Shown here: positions 39,324 through 53,159 of the stretch, piece after piece
Layout of the letters: each line of letters starts with the position of its first letter
Position numbering within the stretch: position 1 is the stretch's first letter
NCBI GenBank assembly: GCA_951406725.2
Contig: OX597834.1
Span: forward strand, 40,010,001-40,072,000
DNA length: 62,000 nt
Source of the DNA: Octopus vulgaris
Taxonomy: Eukaryota
Reading direction: 5' to 3'
Notes under the pieces: generated by a model
What the model saw: only the letters and a program-made list of their open reading frames with translations
The model's database searches: none
Told to the model about the DNA's origin: nothing
Translations under genes and position numbers: made by a program

Positions 39324-40411
39324 TCAACCGTTTAGAATTCAGATTTCTTTCTGTCAAATGTTTGGCTTATTTATTCCCAATGTTTAAAATTAACCATGCT
39401 TTATCTCGTAGCTTTGAGATTTCGAAGATGTGATTGTTTAGTGTTAGAATGACATTGTAAGATAAAGTATAAGAGTCCAGACCTGGTTGCTTTGAACATA
39501 AAACCACATAGAATATTTGAGCCCTAATAAGGTTACTTTAAATGTTAACCCCTTTAGCATTGTGATTTCTTCCTATCAAAAAGAAATGCTTATTTATTCA
39601 CATCGTTTTGAATTAATCATGCAACATCTCATAACATTGAAATTTTGATTGTTTGGTTTTCAAATGGCATTGTAAGGTAAGCTGTCAGAGGCTAGATCTG
39701 ATCTTGGCTATTATGAAAATAAATTGAATGGAATATTTTGGCCATATATGGCTGGTTTAAATGGTAAAGGCTTGAAGTTGCTAGATGATTCAAAACTGAG
39801 ATTTTCATGTGACATTAGGGGCAGAAAATTAACCATTCATTATTTTTGGGGTTTGAGATTTCGAAGATGTAATTGCTTAGTTTTAGAATGACATTGTAGG
39901 AAAGGTGTGAGAGGCCAGTTTTGTTGTGAGACATAGAATATTTGAGCCTTTTGAGGCTGTTTTAAATGTTAGCCATTTAGCATCCAGATTCCTCTCTCAA
40001 ATGTAAGGTTTATTTATTCATATCGATTTGAATTAATCAGGCATTTTCTCATAACATTGAAATTTTGATTGTTCAGTTTTCAAATGGCATTGTAAGGTAA
40101 GCTGTCAGAGGCTAGATCTGATCTGGCTATTATGAACATAAATTGAATGGGATATTTTGGCCGTATATGGCTGGTTTAAATGGTAAAGGGTTGAAGTTGT
40201 TAGATGATTCAAAACTGGGGTTTTCATGTGAAACTAGGGGTATAAAATTAACCATTCATTATCTTTAAGGTTTGAGATTTCAGTGATGTAACTGTTAACG
40301 TTTAGAATGACATTGCAGGGTAGGTGTGAGAGGCTAGATTTTCATAATTTGAACATAAAACAAATAGAATATTTGGGCAGGATATGATCAGTTAAAATGC
40401 CAATGGGTTAA
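39324..40411 (+). mobile_element. Head-to-tail array of ~5 piggyBac-like MITE units
   Basis: TTAACCCTTTAGCATT (39545) and AATGCCAATGGGTTAA (40411) termini. Repeated tttgagatttcg..agaatgacattg..gaatatttg core. Confidence 0.7.
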
Positions 40412-40639
40412 GTGAGAATTGATGGTTGCACGGTAACATGAGATGGGTTTCACTAAAAAGGAAGAATTAGAGTGGTATCTGTTAGTTTTTACAAAAAAAT
40501 GTAGCAATAGGGGATGTTTAAACCAGAGAAAATAGTTGGAAGCTGTTGAGAAAGTAAGCTACTACATCTGGTTTGAGAGAGAGGATGAGTGGGGCAGCAA
40601 GAATGGGTACTGAGGATGGTAGAAACATCTGGCCAAGAG

Positions 40640-40897
40640 TCATTTTTTTTTTTATCATACCTAATGCACCTACTATGATAGGAATTGTTTCTATCTTTAG
40701 ACTCCACATTTGTGTTACCTCTATTTCCAGGTCTTTGTATTTTGAAAGTTCCTCCATTTCTTTTAGAGAAATGTTGTCATCTCTTTGTATTGATACTTCG
40801 ATTAGAAAGCATTTTTTTCTTGATGGTCTCTAATAACTATATCCAGCCTATTGGTCTTAATTTCTCTATATGTATGTATTGGCATATCCCATAGTAT
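40640..40897 (-). pseudogene. Restriction-like endonuclease (RLE) domain of an R4/NeSL/CRE-type non-LTR retrotransposon
   Basis: ILWDMPIHTYREIKTNRLDIVIRDHQEK / CFLIEVSIQRDDNISLKEMEELSKYKDLEIEVTQMWSLKIETIPIIVGALGMIKK, frameshift in an A-run. Confidence 0.88.
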
Positions 40898-40920
40898 ATT
40901 ATTATTATTATTATTATTAT

Positions 40921-41086
40921 AGGTGCAGGAGTGGCTGTGTGGTAAGTAGCTTGCTAACCAACCACATGGTTCTGGGTTCAGTCCCACTGCGTGACATCTT
41001 GGGCAAGTGTCTTCTGCTATAGCCCCGGACCGACCAATGCCTTGTGAGTGGATTTGGTAGACAGAAACTGAAAGAAGCCTGTTGTA

Positions 41087-41139
<53 letters not shown>

Positions 41140-41339
41140 TTGTGTCTGTGTTTGTCCCCCTAGCATTGCTTGACAACCGATGCTGCTGTGTTTACGTCCC
41201 CATCACTTAGCGGTTCGGCAAAAGAGACCGATAGAATAAGTACTGGGCTTACAAAGAATAAGTCCCGGGGTCGATTGCTCGACTAAAGGCGGTGCTCCAG
41301 CATGGCCGCAGTCAAATGACTGAAACAAGTAAAAGAGTA
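40921..41339 (+). mobile_element. OR/CORE-type SINE, full length
   Basis: Near-consensus head, core and tail. Confidence 0.92.
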
Positions 41340-41682
41340 TTATTATTATTATTATTAGTGGTAGTAGTAGTAGTAGTAGTAGCAGTAGTAAGGCAGCAGT
41401 CATTAGCATGACAGACAAAATGCTTTGCAGCAATTTTTCTGTTTCCTTACATTCTGAATTCAAATTCCACCAAGGATGACTTTGCCTTTCATCCTTCTGG
41501 GGGTTGATAAAGTAAGTACCGGTCACGCACTGGGGTCAATACAATCGACCAGCTCCCTCCCCAAAATTTTCAGGCCTTGCGCCTATTGTAGAAAGGAATC
41601 ATTGCCATTATTACTATTATTATTCATTATTATTCATTATTATTATTATTATTATTCAATAGTATAATAATTATAATAATTA

Positions 41683-41684
<2 letters not shown>

Positions 41685-41715
<31 letters not shown>

Positions 41716-41855
41716 GTTTAACGTCCGCTTTCCATGCTAGCATGGGTTGGACGGTTCAACTGGGGTCTGGCAAGCCCGAAGGCTGCACCAGGCCAGTCAG
41801 ATCTGGCAGTGTTTCTACAGCTGGATGCCCTTCCTAACGCCAACCACTCCGAGAG
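41685..41855 (-). mobile_element. 5'-truncated RTE LINE insertion with 39-bp TSD
   Basis: TSD ttattattattcaatagtataataattataataattatt at 41646-41684 and 41856-41894. Confidence 0.9.
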
Positions 41856-41904
41856 TTATTATTATTCAATAGTATAATAATTATAATAATTATTATTATT
41901 ATAA

Positions 41905-41941
<37 letters not shown>

Positions 41942-42074
41942 ATAGTATAATTATTATTATTTTTATTATTATTCAATAGTATAATAGTTATAATTATTAT
42001 TATTATTATAATTATTATTATTATTATTATTATTATTCAATAGTATAATTATTATTATTATTATTCATTAGTAT

Positions 42075-42132
<58 letters not shown>

Positions 42133-42504
42133 GATTATTCTTGTTGACATTTTCACAAATACACTACTAAAACTGTGTTTTAGGATTCTGATAATGATGT
42201 GTTAATTCCCAGCAGACTTATTTGCAAAAAGAAAAAAAAAATTCTTTTTAAAAGTTATTTTGACTGCTGGGTGTCTGGAACATTGCACAAGAGATGTATC
42301 AAATAACCAACAAATACATTTGACATTGTGAAATCAATAAAACTTTCTTAATTTGAAAATCAATTAATTGTAAATATAAATATATTCATTATTTAAAAGT
42401 CAAACAGAAGATGATCTTTACAGAAAGAGAAACAGAACCGCTTTTTTCCATTTTTTTTTTTTCTATTTTGGTTCTGTCTCTTGAAATTAAAAATATATAT
42501 TGAT

Positions 42505-42541
<37 letters not shown>

Positions 42542-44449
42542 TGAGTAGGTGTAGGCATGGTTGTGTGGTTAAGAAATTTACTTCTTAACCAACTACATGG
42601 TTCCAAGTTCAGGCCCACGGCATGTCACTTTGGCACATGTCTCCTACAATGATTCCAAGCTAGTCAAGCCTTAAGAATGGATTTGGCAGACAGAAACTGT
42701 AAGCCTAAGTGTCGTAAAGCTCTTTACAGTACCAGTTTCTTCCCTCGCACCTCTGAACTTTGGCATTCCCTTCCAAAGTCTTGTTTTCCTCTTCAATATG
42801 TCCCCCTCCAGTCTTTTAAGTCTAATGTACATTGTCACCTATTGACTTCTGTCCAGCATCCATCCATTTTATCCTAGTAGCTCTTACATTTTCAGTGGTC
42901 TAAGGACCTTGTAATGAGCATATATGTTTGTGTGTCTGTGTTTGTCTCCCCAACATTGCTTAACAACTGATGCTGGTGTGTTTACGTCACCGTAACTTAG
43001 CAGTCTGGCAAAAAAACCTAATACAATAAGTACTAGGCTTACAAAGAATAAGTCCTGGGGTCAGTTTGCTCGACTAAAGGCGGTGCTCCAGCATGGCCAC
43101 AGGCAAATGACCGAAACAAGTAAAAGAGTAAAATAGTAAAAGAGATACAGACACACACACACACGTTTGTGTGTATATACACATACATATGTGTATACAT
43201 ATATATATTATGCATATATATATGTATGTGTGTGTGTATGTATTTATATATCTCCCAGAATCTGCCTGGCTTTAAAACGTTTACAGCTGACCAAAGCACT
43301 GGCAGTAAATGGGAAGAATCTGCTATCAGAATGTTTTACAGATTGCAGTGTCTCTTGGCAGAGGTACAGTAACGGTACAGAGTCGGAACAGACTAGAAGC
43401 AGCTACATATGAATATAGATTTATGATTATATTGACCGATACATCTATAATCTCTCAGATTAAATAATTGACAGCAATAAACAGGAATAATTTCCAGGGG
43501 ATTCCATACTAAATCATTCTTTCACAGTTTCAATATTATTGATTCTGTTTTATTCACCAAGGAATTTTATAAAGTAGGAGAATGAGCTTGAGTGACCTTC
43601 ATGGCTTTTACTAGGGTATTACTTGCTAATATGGTGTGAGTAGGGTCAGATGTGGAGTTAATTAACTGACCAGAGGTATGTGTCATTGACTGTTGAGTTA
43701 GAGTTGATTTCAGATGGGGCCTACACAACGAAATGAGCTCAGTGCTAAAAGCCAACAAAGCATTCATGAACAAATGACTGAAAGAGTCTGTATGCAATTA
43801 TTTGACTGGCTAGATATAATAGCTAAATTTCCCTCAAATCACATCCTTTCATCTTAAAAGAAAATAAAAAAAGATTAAGCAGAGCAGTCTGAATAAAAGA
43901 CGGAATGGTCATATCTGGCATGCACTTAAATCTACTTGACAACAATGGCGTCATCATTACTTATAACAACAGCAACAGCAGTAACAACCTCTTTGCTAGA
44001 AATAACAGCTAAACTTTACTCGCATCATAGCCTATCATCTGAAAATTAGAAGAACACACTGATTAAAGTAGTCCTAGATAGACTATGTGTAAATGATATT
44101 AGAGATGGTCTTAGCTGTTATGACACCGATCAGAATTCAGCTAGATCAGGGCTGGCCAGGGGTTAAGAAAACAACACTCCTCAATTTAACAGTGCTGCTG
44201 AATGTACAAAACCGTGAACCATGTGACCAGTTGGCACTGAGAAGGGTCAAATATCTAAACATGGACACATATAGGTGTGGTTGTGTGGTAAGAAGTTTAC
44301 TTCCCAACCACATGGTTCTAGGTTCAGTCCTACTTTGAGACACCTTGGGCTATAGTCTCAGGCCAACCAAAGCCTTGTGAATGGATTTGGTAGATGGAAA
44401 CTGAAAGAAGTCTGTCATACATATATACAGACTTATACGTACAGACATG

Positions 44450-44748
44450 ACGGACTGTTCCGTCAAAGACAATGTATGACGGTTCAGCTTTTGCTGAATG
44501 ACCTCCACAACTGATTTGTTTATAAGGATCAGATTCTCATGCCACACCTTAGCTCACTCCCTCCATTAAATCAACGTTACCTGGACAGGTGCACAGTGTA
44601 CCATGCATCAGGGGTCGAAGGGATCACAGAGCAACACAAGATGAAGTGTTTTGCTCAAGAACACAACACAATAACCCAGTCTCGGAATTGATCTCACGAT
44701 CTAGCAATTGTGAGTGCAACACCCTAACCACTAGGCCATGTACACTCA
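44450..44748 (-). mobile_element. Additional tRNA-derived SINE family
   Basis: Minus-strand head catggcctagtggttagggtgttgcactcac. Body is homologous to 32140-32290 and head to 53905-53990. Confidence 0.65.
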
Positions 44749-44849
44749 ATTATATATACTAACACACGCGTATGTGAATATATACATATATATATATATA
44801 TATATTTTTATAATTTATTTATATGCGTATGTGAATATATATATGTATG

Positions 44850-44897
<48 letters not shown>

Positions 44898-44960
44898 GTA
44901 TATGTATGTATGTATATATTATATATATAAATGTATGTATAATATATATATGTATATGTA

Positions 44961-45047
<87 letters not shown>

Positions 45048-45623
45048 TATAGATATATACTATTTACATATATTTATATGTATGTGAGAGAGAGTGTGTG
45101 TGTGTGTCCCCTTGTCTGGACATCATGTGATTGTTGTAAATGATTGTCCCTGTCATACAAGCAGTGTCGGTCATTTCCAATCTTCCATTGAAACATGCTG
45201 ATGGTCAGCGAAAAAATAGTACCTCTGGCTGTAGAAAACCTGCCACAATTAAAACTCCATACAACCCAAACAAGCATAGAAAAGTGAACAGTAAAATGAT
45301 GATGATGATGATGATGCTCCTAGCAGGTGAAAGTTATAAAGAGTGAACTATTTCAAGGGAGATAACTGTGCTGACCCAAAAATTCATTCCAAATACAATT
45401 TCTCAAATAAACTTTGCTGAAAATATTTACATAATGTTCAATAAAAATCTAACCTGGACAAGTCACAGCTGTTATTAACGAGCTTTTATTATTTATTATA
45501 TTGAACAGCAAACAAAACATTTCAGGTATGTTTGTCTGAGTACATATCTATATACGTGTGTGTGTGTGTGTGTATTTATAAACACACACACCTTTATACA
45601 TATACAGGACAAACAGTCATTCA

Positions 45624-45693
<70 letters not shown>

Positions 45694-45759
45694 TATAGGT
45701 TTGGCAATAAACGGAGGGAAATGGAGTTTAAAATATTAATATATATGACTTTCGTGTTT

Positions 45760-46078
45760 TCTTACTTCAGTTATTATATTAGACTGTGGCCATGCTGGAG
45801 CACCGCTTTCAAAGATGTTCTAAGTCAAATGAATCAATCGAACCCTGTCTTTGTTGTTTTGAGGGTGTAAACAAACCAACACTGGTTGTTAGGGGGGGGG
45901 GACAGACACAAAGACACACACACATATAAATATATGACAGGCTTCTTTCAGTTTCTGTCCACCAAATCCTCTCACAAAGCTTTGGTCATTCCCAATGCTA
46001 CTGTAAAAGACACTTACCCAAGGTGCAACACAGCAGGATTGAACCCAGAACCATGTGGTTGGTAAGCAAGCTTCTTGA
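45760..46078 (-). mobile_element. OR/CORE-type SINE
   Basis: Family match. Confidence 0.8.
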
Positions 46079-46267
46079 TACACTGGCAGATGTTACAAAG
46101 TGATTCAAATGCTGTGAGCTTTGGTGCATTGGCACTTATCAAGCCTGATAAATAATTTCAGCAGAATAACTTACACCCACGCACCCACACACATTTATAA
46201 AGGTGTGTGTGTGTGTGTGCATGCATATGTGTATATAAATATGTGTGTGTGTGTATATATATATATG

Positions 46268-47121
46268 TGTGTGCAAGAGAGATAACTGCACTGGTATGGT
46301 CATGTGGTGAGAACGGATGAAGATAGCATTGTGCAAAAGTGCCACACCCTAGCAATTAAGGAAACCTGTAGAAGAGGTAGACCCAGGAAGACCTGGGATG
46401 AAGTGGTGAAGCATGGCCTTCGAACATTAGGCCTCACCGAGGCAATGACTAGTGACCGATGCCTTTGGAAATATGCTGTGCTTGAGAACACCCGGCAAGC
46501 CAAATGAGACCATAACCCGTGGCCTATGCCAGGGGTGTAACCAGCCCACTTATGCATACCTTTCCTTCCTTGGACACTAAACTCTGCTTGCGAAGACCTG
46601 TTGAGGCAAGTAAAATCAAAATCAAATTCGATGACTGGCATCCGTGCTAGTGGAGCACTAAGAACACCATCTGAGCATAATCGTTGTCAGAGCAGCTAAC
46701 TGGCTTCCATGCCGATGGCACATAAAAAGCACCAGCGTTGCCTCACTGGCACGTGAACAAAACATTCAAGCAAGGTGGTTGCCAGTGCCGCTGGACTGGC
46801 TCCCGTGCAGGTGGCACATAAAAAACACCATTTCAGCGTGGCCGTTGCCAGTGCCGCTGGACTGGCTCCCGTGCAGGTGGCACATAAAAAACACCATTTC
46901 AGTGTGGCCGTTGCCAGTACCGCTTGACTGGCCCTCGTGCTGGTGGCATGTAAAAGCACCCACTACACTCTCGGAGTGGTTGGTGTTAGGAAAAGCATCA
47001 AGCTGTAGAAAATCTGCCAGATCAGACTGGAGCCTGGTGCAGCCATCTGGTTCACCAGTCCTCAGTCAAATCGTTCAACCGATGCTAGCATGGAAAGCAG
47101 AGGTTAAATGATGATGATGAT
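46268..47121 (+). mobile_element. RTE-clade LINE 3' end: ORF C-terminus plus 3' UTR with 66-bp repeats and (GAT)n tail
   Basis: LHWYGHVVRTDEDSIVQKCHTL...RRGRPRKTWDEVVKHGLRTLGLTEAMTSDRCLWKYAV, stop at 46507. Repeats start at 46781, 46847 and 46913. Confidence 0.92.
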
Positions 47122-47587
47122 GTATGTATATATATGTGTATGTATGCTCACATGGGTGCTTGTAAATGCATATATTACTACGTATATGCATCTACATGCA
47201 CAGGCATGTGTGTGTTCTATTATTTCTTCTCTAGTTCAAACCAATGGACCGCGACCATACTGAAGCACTACACAGCAGCACAAATAACTAACACATTTAC
47301 TATGACATATATGTACGTGTAGACACATGCGTGTGTGTGTGTGTGTGTGTGTGTACACACATGAGTATGTGTTTGTATATGCGTGAGTGTCGGTGTACTT
47401 TTATTGTTTCACTGGTTCCAATCACTGAACCACGGTCATGCTGGAGCAACCCTTTCAAAGATTTTTAGCCAATAAATTTGCTACTAGAATATATTGTAGT
47501 CTGATGCTTATTGTATTGATCTTCGCTTATTGAACTATGAAGTTGTGTGACATGAAGGAACAAAAGAGAAATAACGAAATAAATGTA

Positions 47588-47633
<46 letters not shown>

Positions 47634-47747
47634 AATAAAAGCACACATACATGTTTGTGTGTATGTGATTGTGTGTATATATATATATATATATATATTT
47701 CTACATACATGTAAGTATACATATGTGTGTGTTGTGTGTATATATGC

Positions 47748-48141
47748 AGGTGCAGGAGTGGCTGTGTGGTAAGTAGCTTGCTTACCAACCACATTGTTCC
47801 AGGTTCAGTCCCACTGTGTGGTACCTTGGGCAAGTGTCTTCTGCTATAGCCTTGGGCCGACCAAAGCCTTGTGAGTGGATTTGGTAGATGGAAACTGAAA
47901 GAAGGTCATCGTATGTATGTATATGTGTGTGTGTGTGTGTGTGTATGTTTGTCATTTGTCTGTGTTTATCTCCCCAACCTATGTTGGCGTGTTTATGTCC
48001 CCGTCACCTAGCAGTTCGGCAAAAAGAGACTGATAGAATAAGTACTAGGCACACAATGAATAAGTCCTGGGGTCAACTTATTCAACTAAAGGTGGTGCTC
48101 CAGCATAGCCACAGTCAAACGATTGAAACAAGCAAAAGAGT
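47748..48141 (+). mobile_element. OR/CORE-type SINE (left member of an inverted pair)
   Basis: Family match. Confidence 0.9.
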
Positions 48142-48169
48142 ATATATATATATATATATATATATTTAT

Positions 48170-48366
48170 TTCTGTTCCTTTTCTTGTTTTGACTGCGGCC
48201 ATGCTGGAGCACAGCTTTTAGTTGAGCAAATTGACCCCAGGACTTTGTAAGCCTAGTACTTATTCTATCGGTCTCTTTTCACCAAACTGCTAAGTGACAG
48301 GGACATAAACACACCAACATTGGTTGTGATACGATGGTGGGGAGACAAACACAGACACACAAATAT

Positions 48367-48401
<35 letters not shown>

Positions 48402-48566
48402 CGACGGGCTTCTTTCAGTTTCCATCTGCCAAATCCACTCACATGGCTTTGGTCAGCCCAAGGCTATAGTAGAAGACCCTTGCCCAACGTGCCACACAGT
48501 GACACTGAACCCAGTACCATGTGGTTAGTAAGCAAGCTACTAACCGCACAGCCACTCCTGCACCTA
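48170..48566 (-). mobile_element. OR/CORE-type SINE (right member of an inverted pair)
   Basis: Family match, opposite orientation. Confidence 0.9.
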
Positions 48567-48589
48567 TATATATATATATATCAAATGGA

Positions 48590-49021
<432 letters not shown>

Positions 49022-49623
49022 GCTGTGTATGTGTATGAAAGTTAATGGCTGAGGAAAAAAGAGATAAGTGGAGTAAAAGTAACTATTATACTGAAGAGAA
49101 ACAGCTGTATTTTGATATAAACAGTAGGAGAGTGTGTGTACGTGTAATACATGTGTGTATGTGGGTGTGTGTGCATGTACACACACACGTGTGCGAGTGT
49201 TATTTAGTAGAAGAGTGAATTTCATTAACCAGACACTGTGATAGGAATGATACTCCATGCTTTGTATTGTATGTACACACACACACACACGTGTGTGTAT
49301 GTGTGCATATATATGTGTCTGTATGTATGTGCATATATACATACATACGTATGTATGCATCCATATATATGTATGTGCATATATGTATGAATTTATTATG
49401 TATGTATAGTTGGGTACCTGGGTGAGAGGGTGCATACGTGTATCAAATAGTATACATGTGTGGATGCGTGTGTGTATATATATATTCTTCTATTGGTTTC
49501 AGCTAGAGGTTGTGGTCATGCTGTGGCACAACACTTTAAAAAAATCCTGAAGGTTCCGCTTACAACATCTGGATATGTGAATGGACACCACGTGTATAGA
49601 AATATAAATACATACATACATAC

Positions 49624-49669
<46 letters not shown>

Positions 49670-49958
49670 TTATATATATATACTGTGAAAATTACAAGGG
49701 TTGAAAATTTGAAAGAATTTCATACCAGTGGTTAGCATGTGGCTTGGGTTTGGCTGCCCTCTCTAGTATGTAAGGCATCCTGTCAAGGGTCTTTTCTTTT
49801 GTGTATAAATAATATACACATTATATGGAAGTGTGTGTGTGTGTATGTGTGTATATATATATACATGAAAATATGATACTAAAACCAATAAATTTTCTAA
49901 AAAATACAGCTCTAGACAAATACGAAAGTTCAGACAGCAACACTGCTGTAACAACCCC

Positions 49959-50158
49959 AATCCTTTCTAATTCAGGCAGAGGAAAGGGGCCAGCTGATTA
50001 CATTCACCCCACTAGTTAACTGGTACTTCATCTTATCAACCCAAAAGGATGAAATGCATGACTGACTTGAACTGAATTTGAACACAAAACATTAAAACAG
50101 ACGAAATACTGCTAAACCATTTTGTCCGATATGCTAACAATTCTGCCAGCTCACCGCC

Positions 50159-50198
<40 letters not shown>

Positions 50199-50426
50199 TA
50201 ATAATAATAATGATAATCCTTTCTACTCTAGGCACAAAGCCTGAAATATTGGGGGAGGGTTGAGTTGATTGCATTGACTCCAGTACAGAACTTGTACATA
50301 ATTTATCGACCCCGAAAGGATGAAAGGTAAAGTTGACTCCGGCACAGTTTGAACTCAGAACATAAAACAGATGAAATACCGCTAAGCATTTTGTCCAGCG
50401 TGCTAATGATTCTGCCAGCTCAACAC

Positions 50427-50464
<38 letters not shown>

Positions 50465-50570
50465 GCCTTTCTACTAAAGGCACAAGACCTGAAACTGATG
50501 GGGGTTGGGGACTAGTCAATTACATTGACCCCAGTGCATAACTGGTACTCATTTCATTGACCCTGAAAGG

Positions 50571-50601
<31 letters not shown>

Positions 50602-51022
50602 TAAAACCTGAAATTGGGAGGGGTGAGGGACAAGTCAATTACATCAACCCCAGTGTTTCACTGGTACTTAATTTATCAACCCCGAAAGGATGAAAGGAAA
50701 AGTCGACCTTGGTGGAATTTGAACTCGGAACGTAAAGACGGATGAAAAACAGCCAAGGATTTTGCCTGGCATGCTAACTATTCTGTTAGCTCACCACCCT
50801 AATAATAATAATCCTTTCTACTAAAGGCACAAGGCCTGAAATTTATTGGGTGGGGACTATTCGGTTATATCGACCCCAGTGTTTCACTCATACTCAATTT
50901 AGCGACCCCAAGAGGAAAAAAGGTGCAGTTGATCTTGATAGTATTTGAACTCAGGACGTAAGGACAGGTAAAATGTTGCTATGCATTTTTGTCTGGTGTG
51001 TTACTGATTCCGCCAGCTCGCT
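49959..51022 (-). mobile_element. Cluster of five co-oriented OK-type SINEs separated by (AAT)n/(AT)n
   Basis: Units at about 49959-50160, 50217-50429, 50464-50572 (partial), 50604-50800 and 50813-51022. Confidence 0.88.
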
Positions 51023-51624
51023 TCCTGGCTATAGCAACAGGAATAGCAACAACAACAACAACAACGATGCTAAACAGGGTGCTGCTAATACCAACGAGAC
51101 CTTTATCATGGACCACACTTCAATTCTACCCAGAATAATGAATAACAATATCGTAACAATAAAAACAAACATAACATAATCCCAGTAACACCTTTATAAC
51201 AACAACAGTATCGTAACAATAACAACATCTTAACAACAGTATAACTCCACCTTCCTCGACAACAACAACAACAACAACACCATGATCGCAATAACATCAG
51301 TCATACAACAATAACAACAACAGCAACAACAATCTCTAGCAATAATGAGACTTACCGAAAATTCCTTTTAGTAACTTTTGTATAATGAACATTTTGGTGG
51401 TGGTGGTCGTGGCTGCCACCATATCTTAAGGATCCAAGATGTACTGGATGTCAGACACATTTCACAGAGAACTGGGGTGGATGAGGAGCGAGGGAGGGGT
51501 AGACGGGGGGGGGGGAGAAGGTAGACGGGGTAGATGTAGTGGTGGTGGTGGTGGTAGTGCGTCAGCTGAATGGAACAGACTGTGTGGCAGGCAGATACGG
51601 TAGAACAATGATTAAATATGTGTG

Positions 51625-51665
<41 letters not shown>

Positions 51666-52206
51666 ATATATATATGTATATGGGAGTGTATATGTATATA
51701 TATATGTGTGTGTGTGTGTATGGATAAATGGATGTATTTACGTGCGTGTAGATATGTGTATATGCATATGTGTGTGTGTGTATGGATGTATGTATATGTA
51801 TATATGTGTATATGTGGGTGTGTGTATGAATGTATGTATGCACGTGTGTGTGTAGAGAGAGAGAGAGGGAGAGAGAGACAGACAGACAGAGAGAGTAAGA
51901 AGGGAGTAGTAGAGGTGCAGAAACAAAAATAGGGAGAAGTTTAATGAGAAAGAAAAGAGAAAGAAAGGAAGGGATAAAAAGAAAGAAAGAAAGAAAGGGG
52001 TAGAAAGAATGAGAGAAAGTGAAAGTATGATAGATATAGGAAGGTGTAAAAGAATCAGAAGAGAATGCAGAGGAGAGGGTGGAGGAGAAAGTTGCATTGA
52101 TATGAGAGAGAGTGAGAGAGATAGAGAGAGAGAAAGAGGGAGAGCGAGAAAGAAAGAGAGACAGACAGACAGACTGGCAGATAGACAGACAGACAGACAG
52201 AGAGAC

Positions 52207-52237
<31 letters not shown>

Positions 52238-52601
52238 AGCAGTAGTGAAGATTAGTAGAGAAGGAGAAGTGATGTGTTTAGTAGTGTGTGTATAATAAGT
52301 AGTCAGTTTGTATGTAGTAGTTGAATGGTTAGCTGATGGTATCCAGAAATGACTAATAGATACTGATGTGGTGGTGGTGGTTGTGGTGGTGGTGGCGGTG
52401 GTGGTGCTTGTGGAGGTGGTTCAACTGAATGAGCAGACTACAGAAGACAAAGAGAAATAGCTCATACGCATTCACTCAACACATGTGTGTTTGTATACAC
52501 ACACACACACACATATATATATACATACATACAACATACATACAAGTACACAAATAAATGCACATTATATATATATATATATATACATACACATATATAT
52601 A

Positions 52602-52632
<31 letters not shown>

Positions 52633-52737
52633 AACATACACATACATACATATATAAAATGCAAGGTGCAAGCAGAGTTGTGTGGTTAAGAATTTAGCAT
52701 AGCAGCCCTGTGTTCTTAGGTTCCGTCCCTCTGCACA

Positions 52738-52798
<61 letters not shown>

Positions 52799-53159
52799 CA
52801 ATTAAAGCTTTGGGCCACCCAAAGCCATCTCAGCGGATTTAGTAGACAGAAACCAAAAGACCCCAATTGCACATGTGTGTCTGGGAGTGTATGTGTGTGT
52901 GTGTGTATGTGTATGTGTGTGTGTATACGTATGAGTGTGTGTGTGTGTGTGTATGTATACGTATGTGTGTGTGTATGTCAGGTCACATATGACATCTCTC
53001 ATGGATGTTACTGGTAACATGGAATCTAGTACAACCTGTTGCATGGTCGGGTCATCAGTGACTAAACCAGCAACTCCACCATGCTTGCCTGGTTTGCAGG
53101 TTTGCTAGAAAGCCAGCGAGACTAACAGCAAGATCTGTCAAAAGGACATGATCCAGAGA

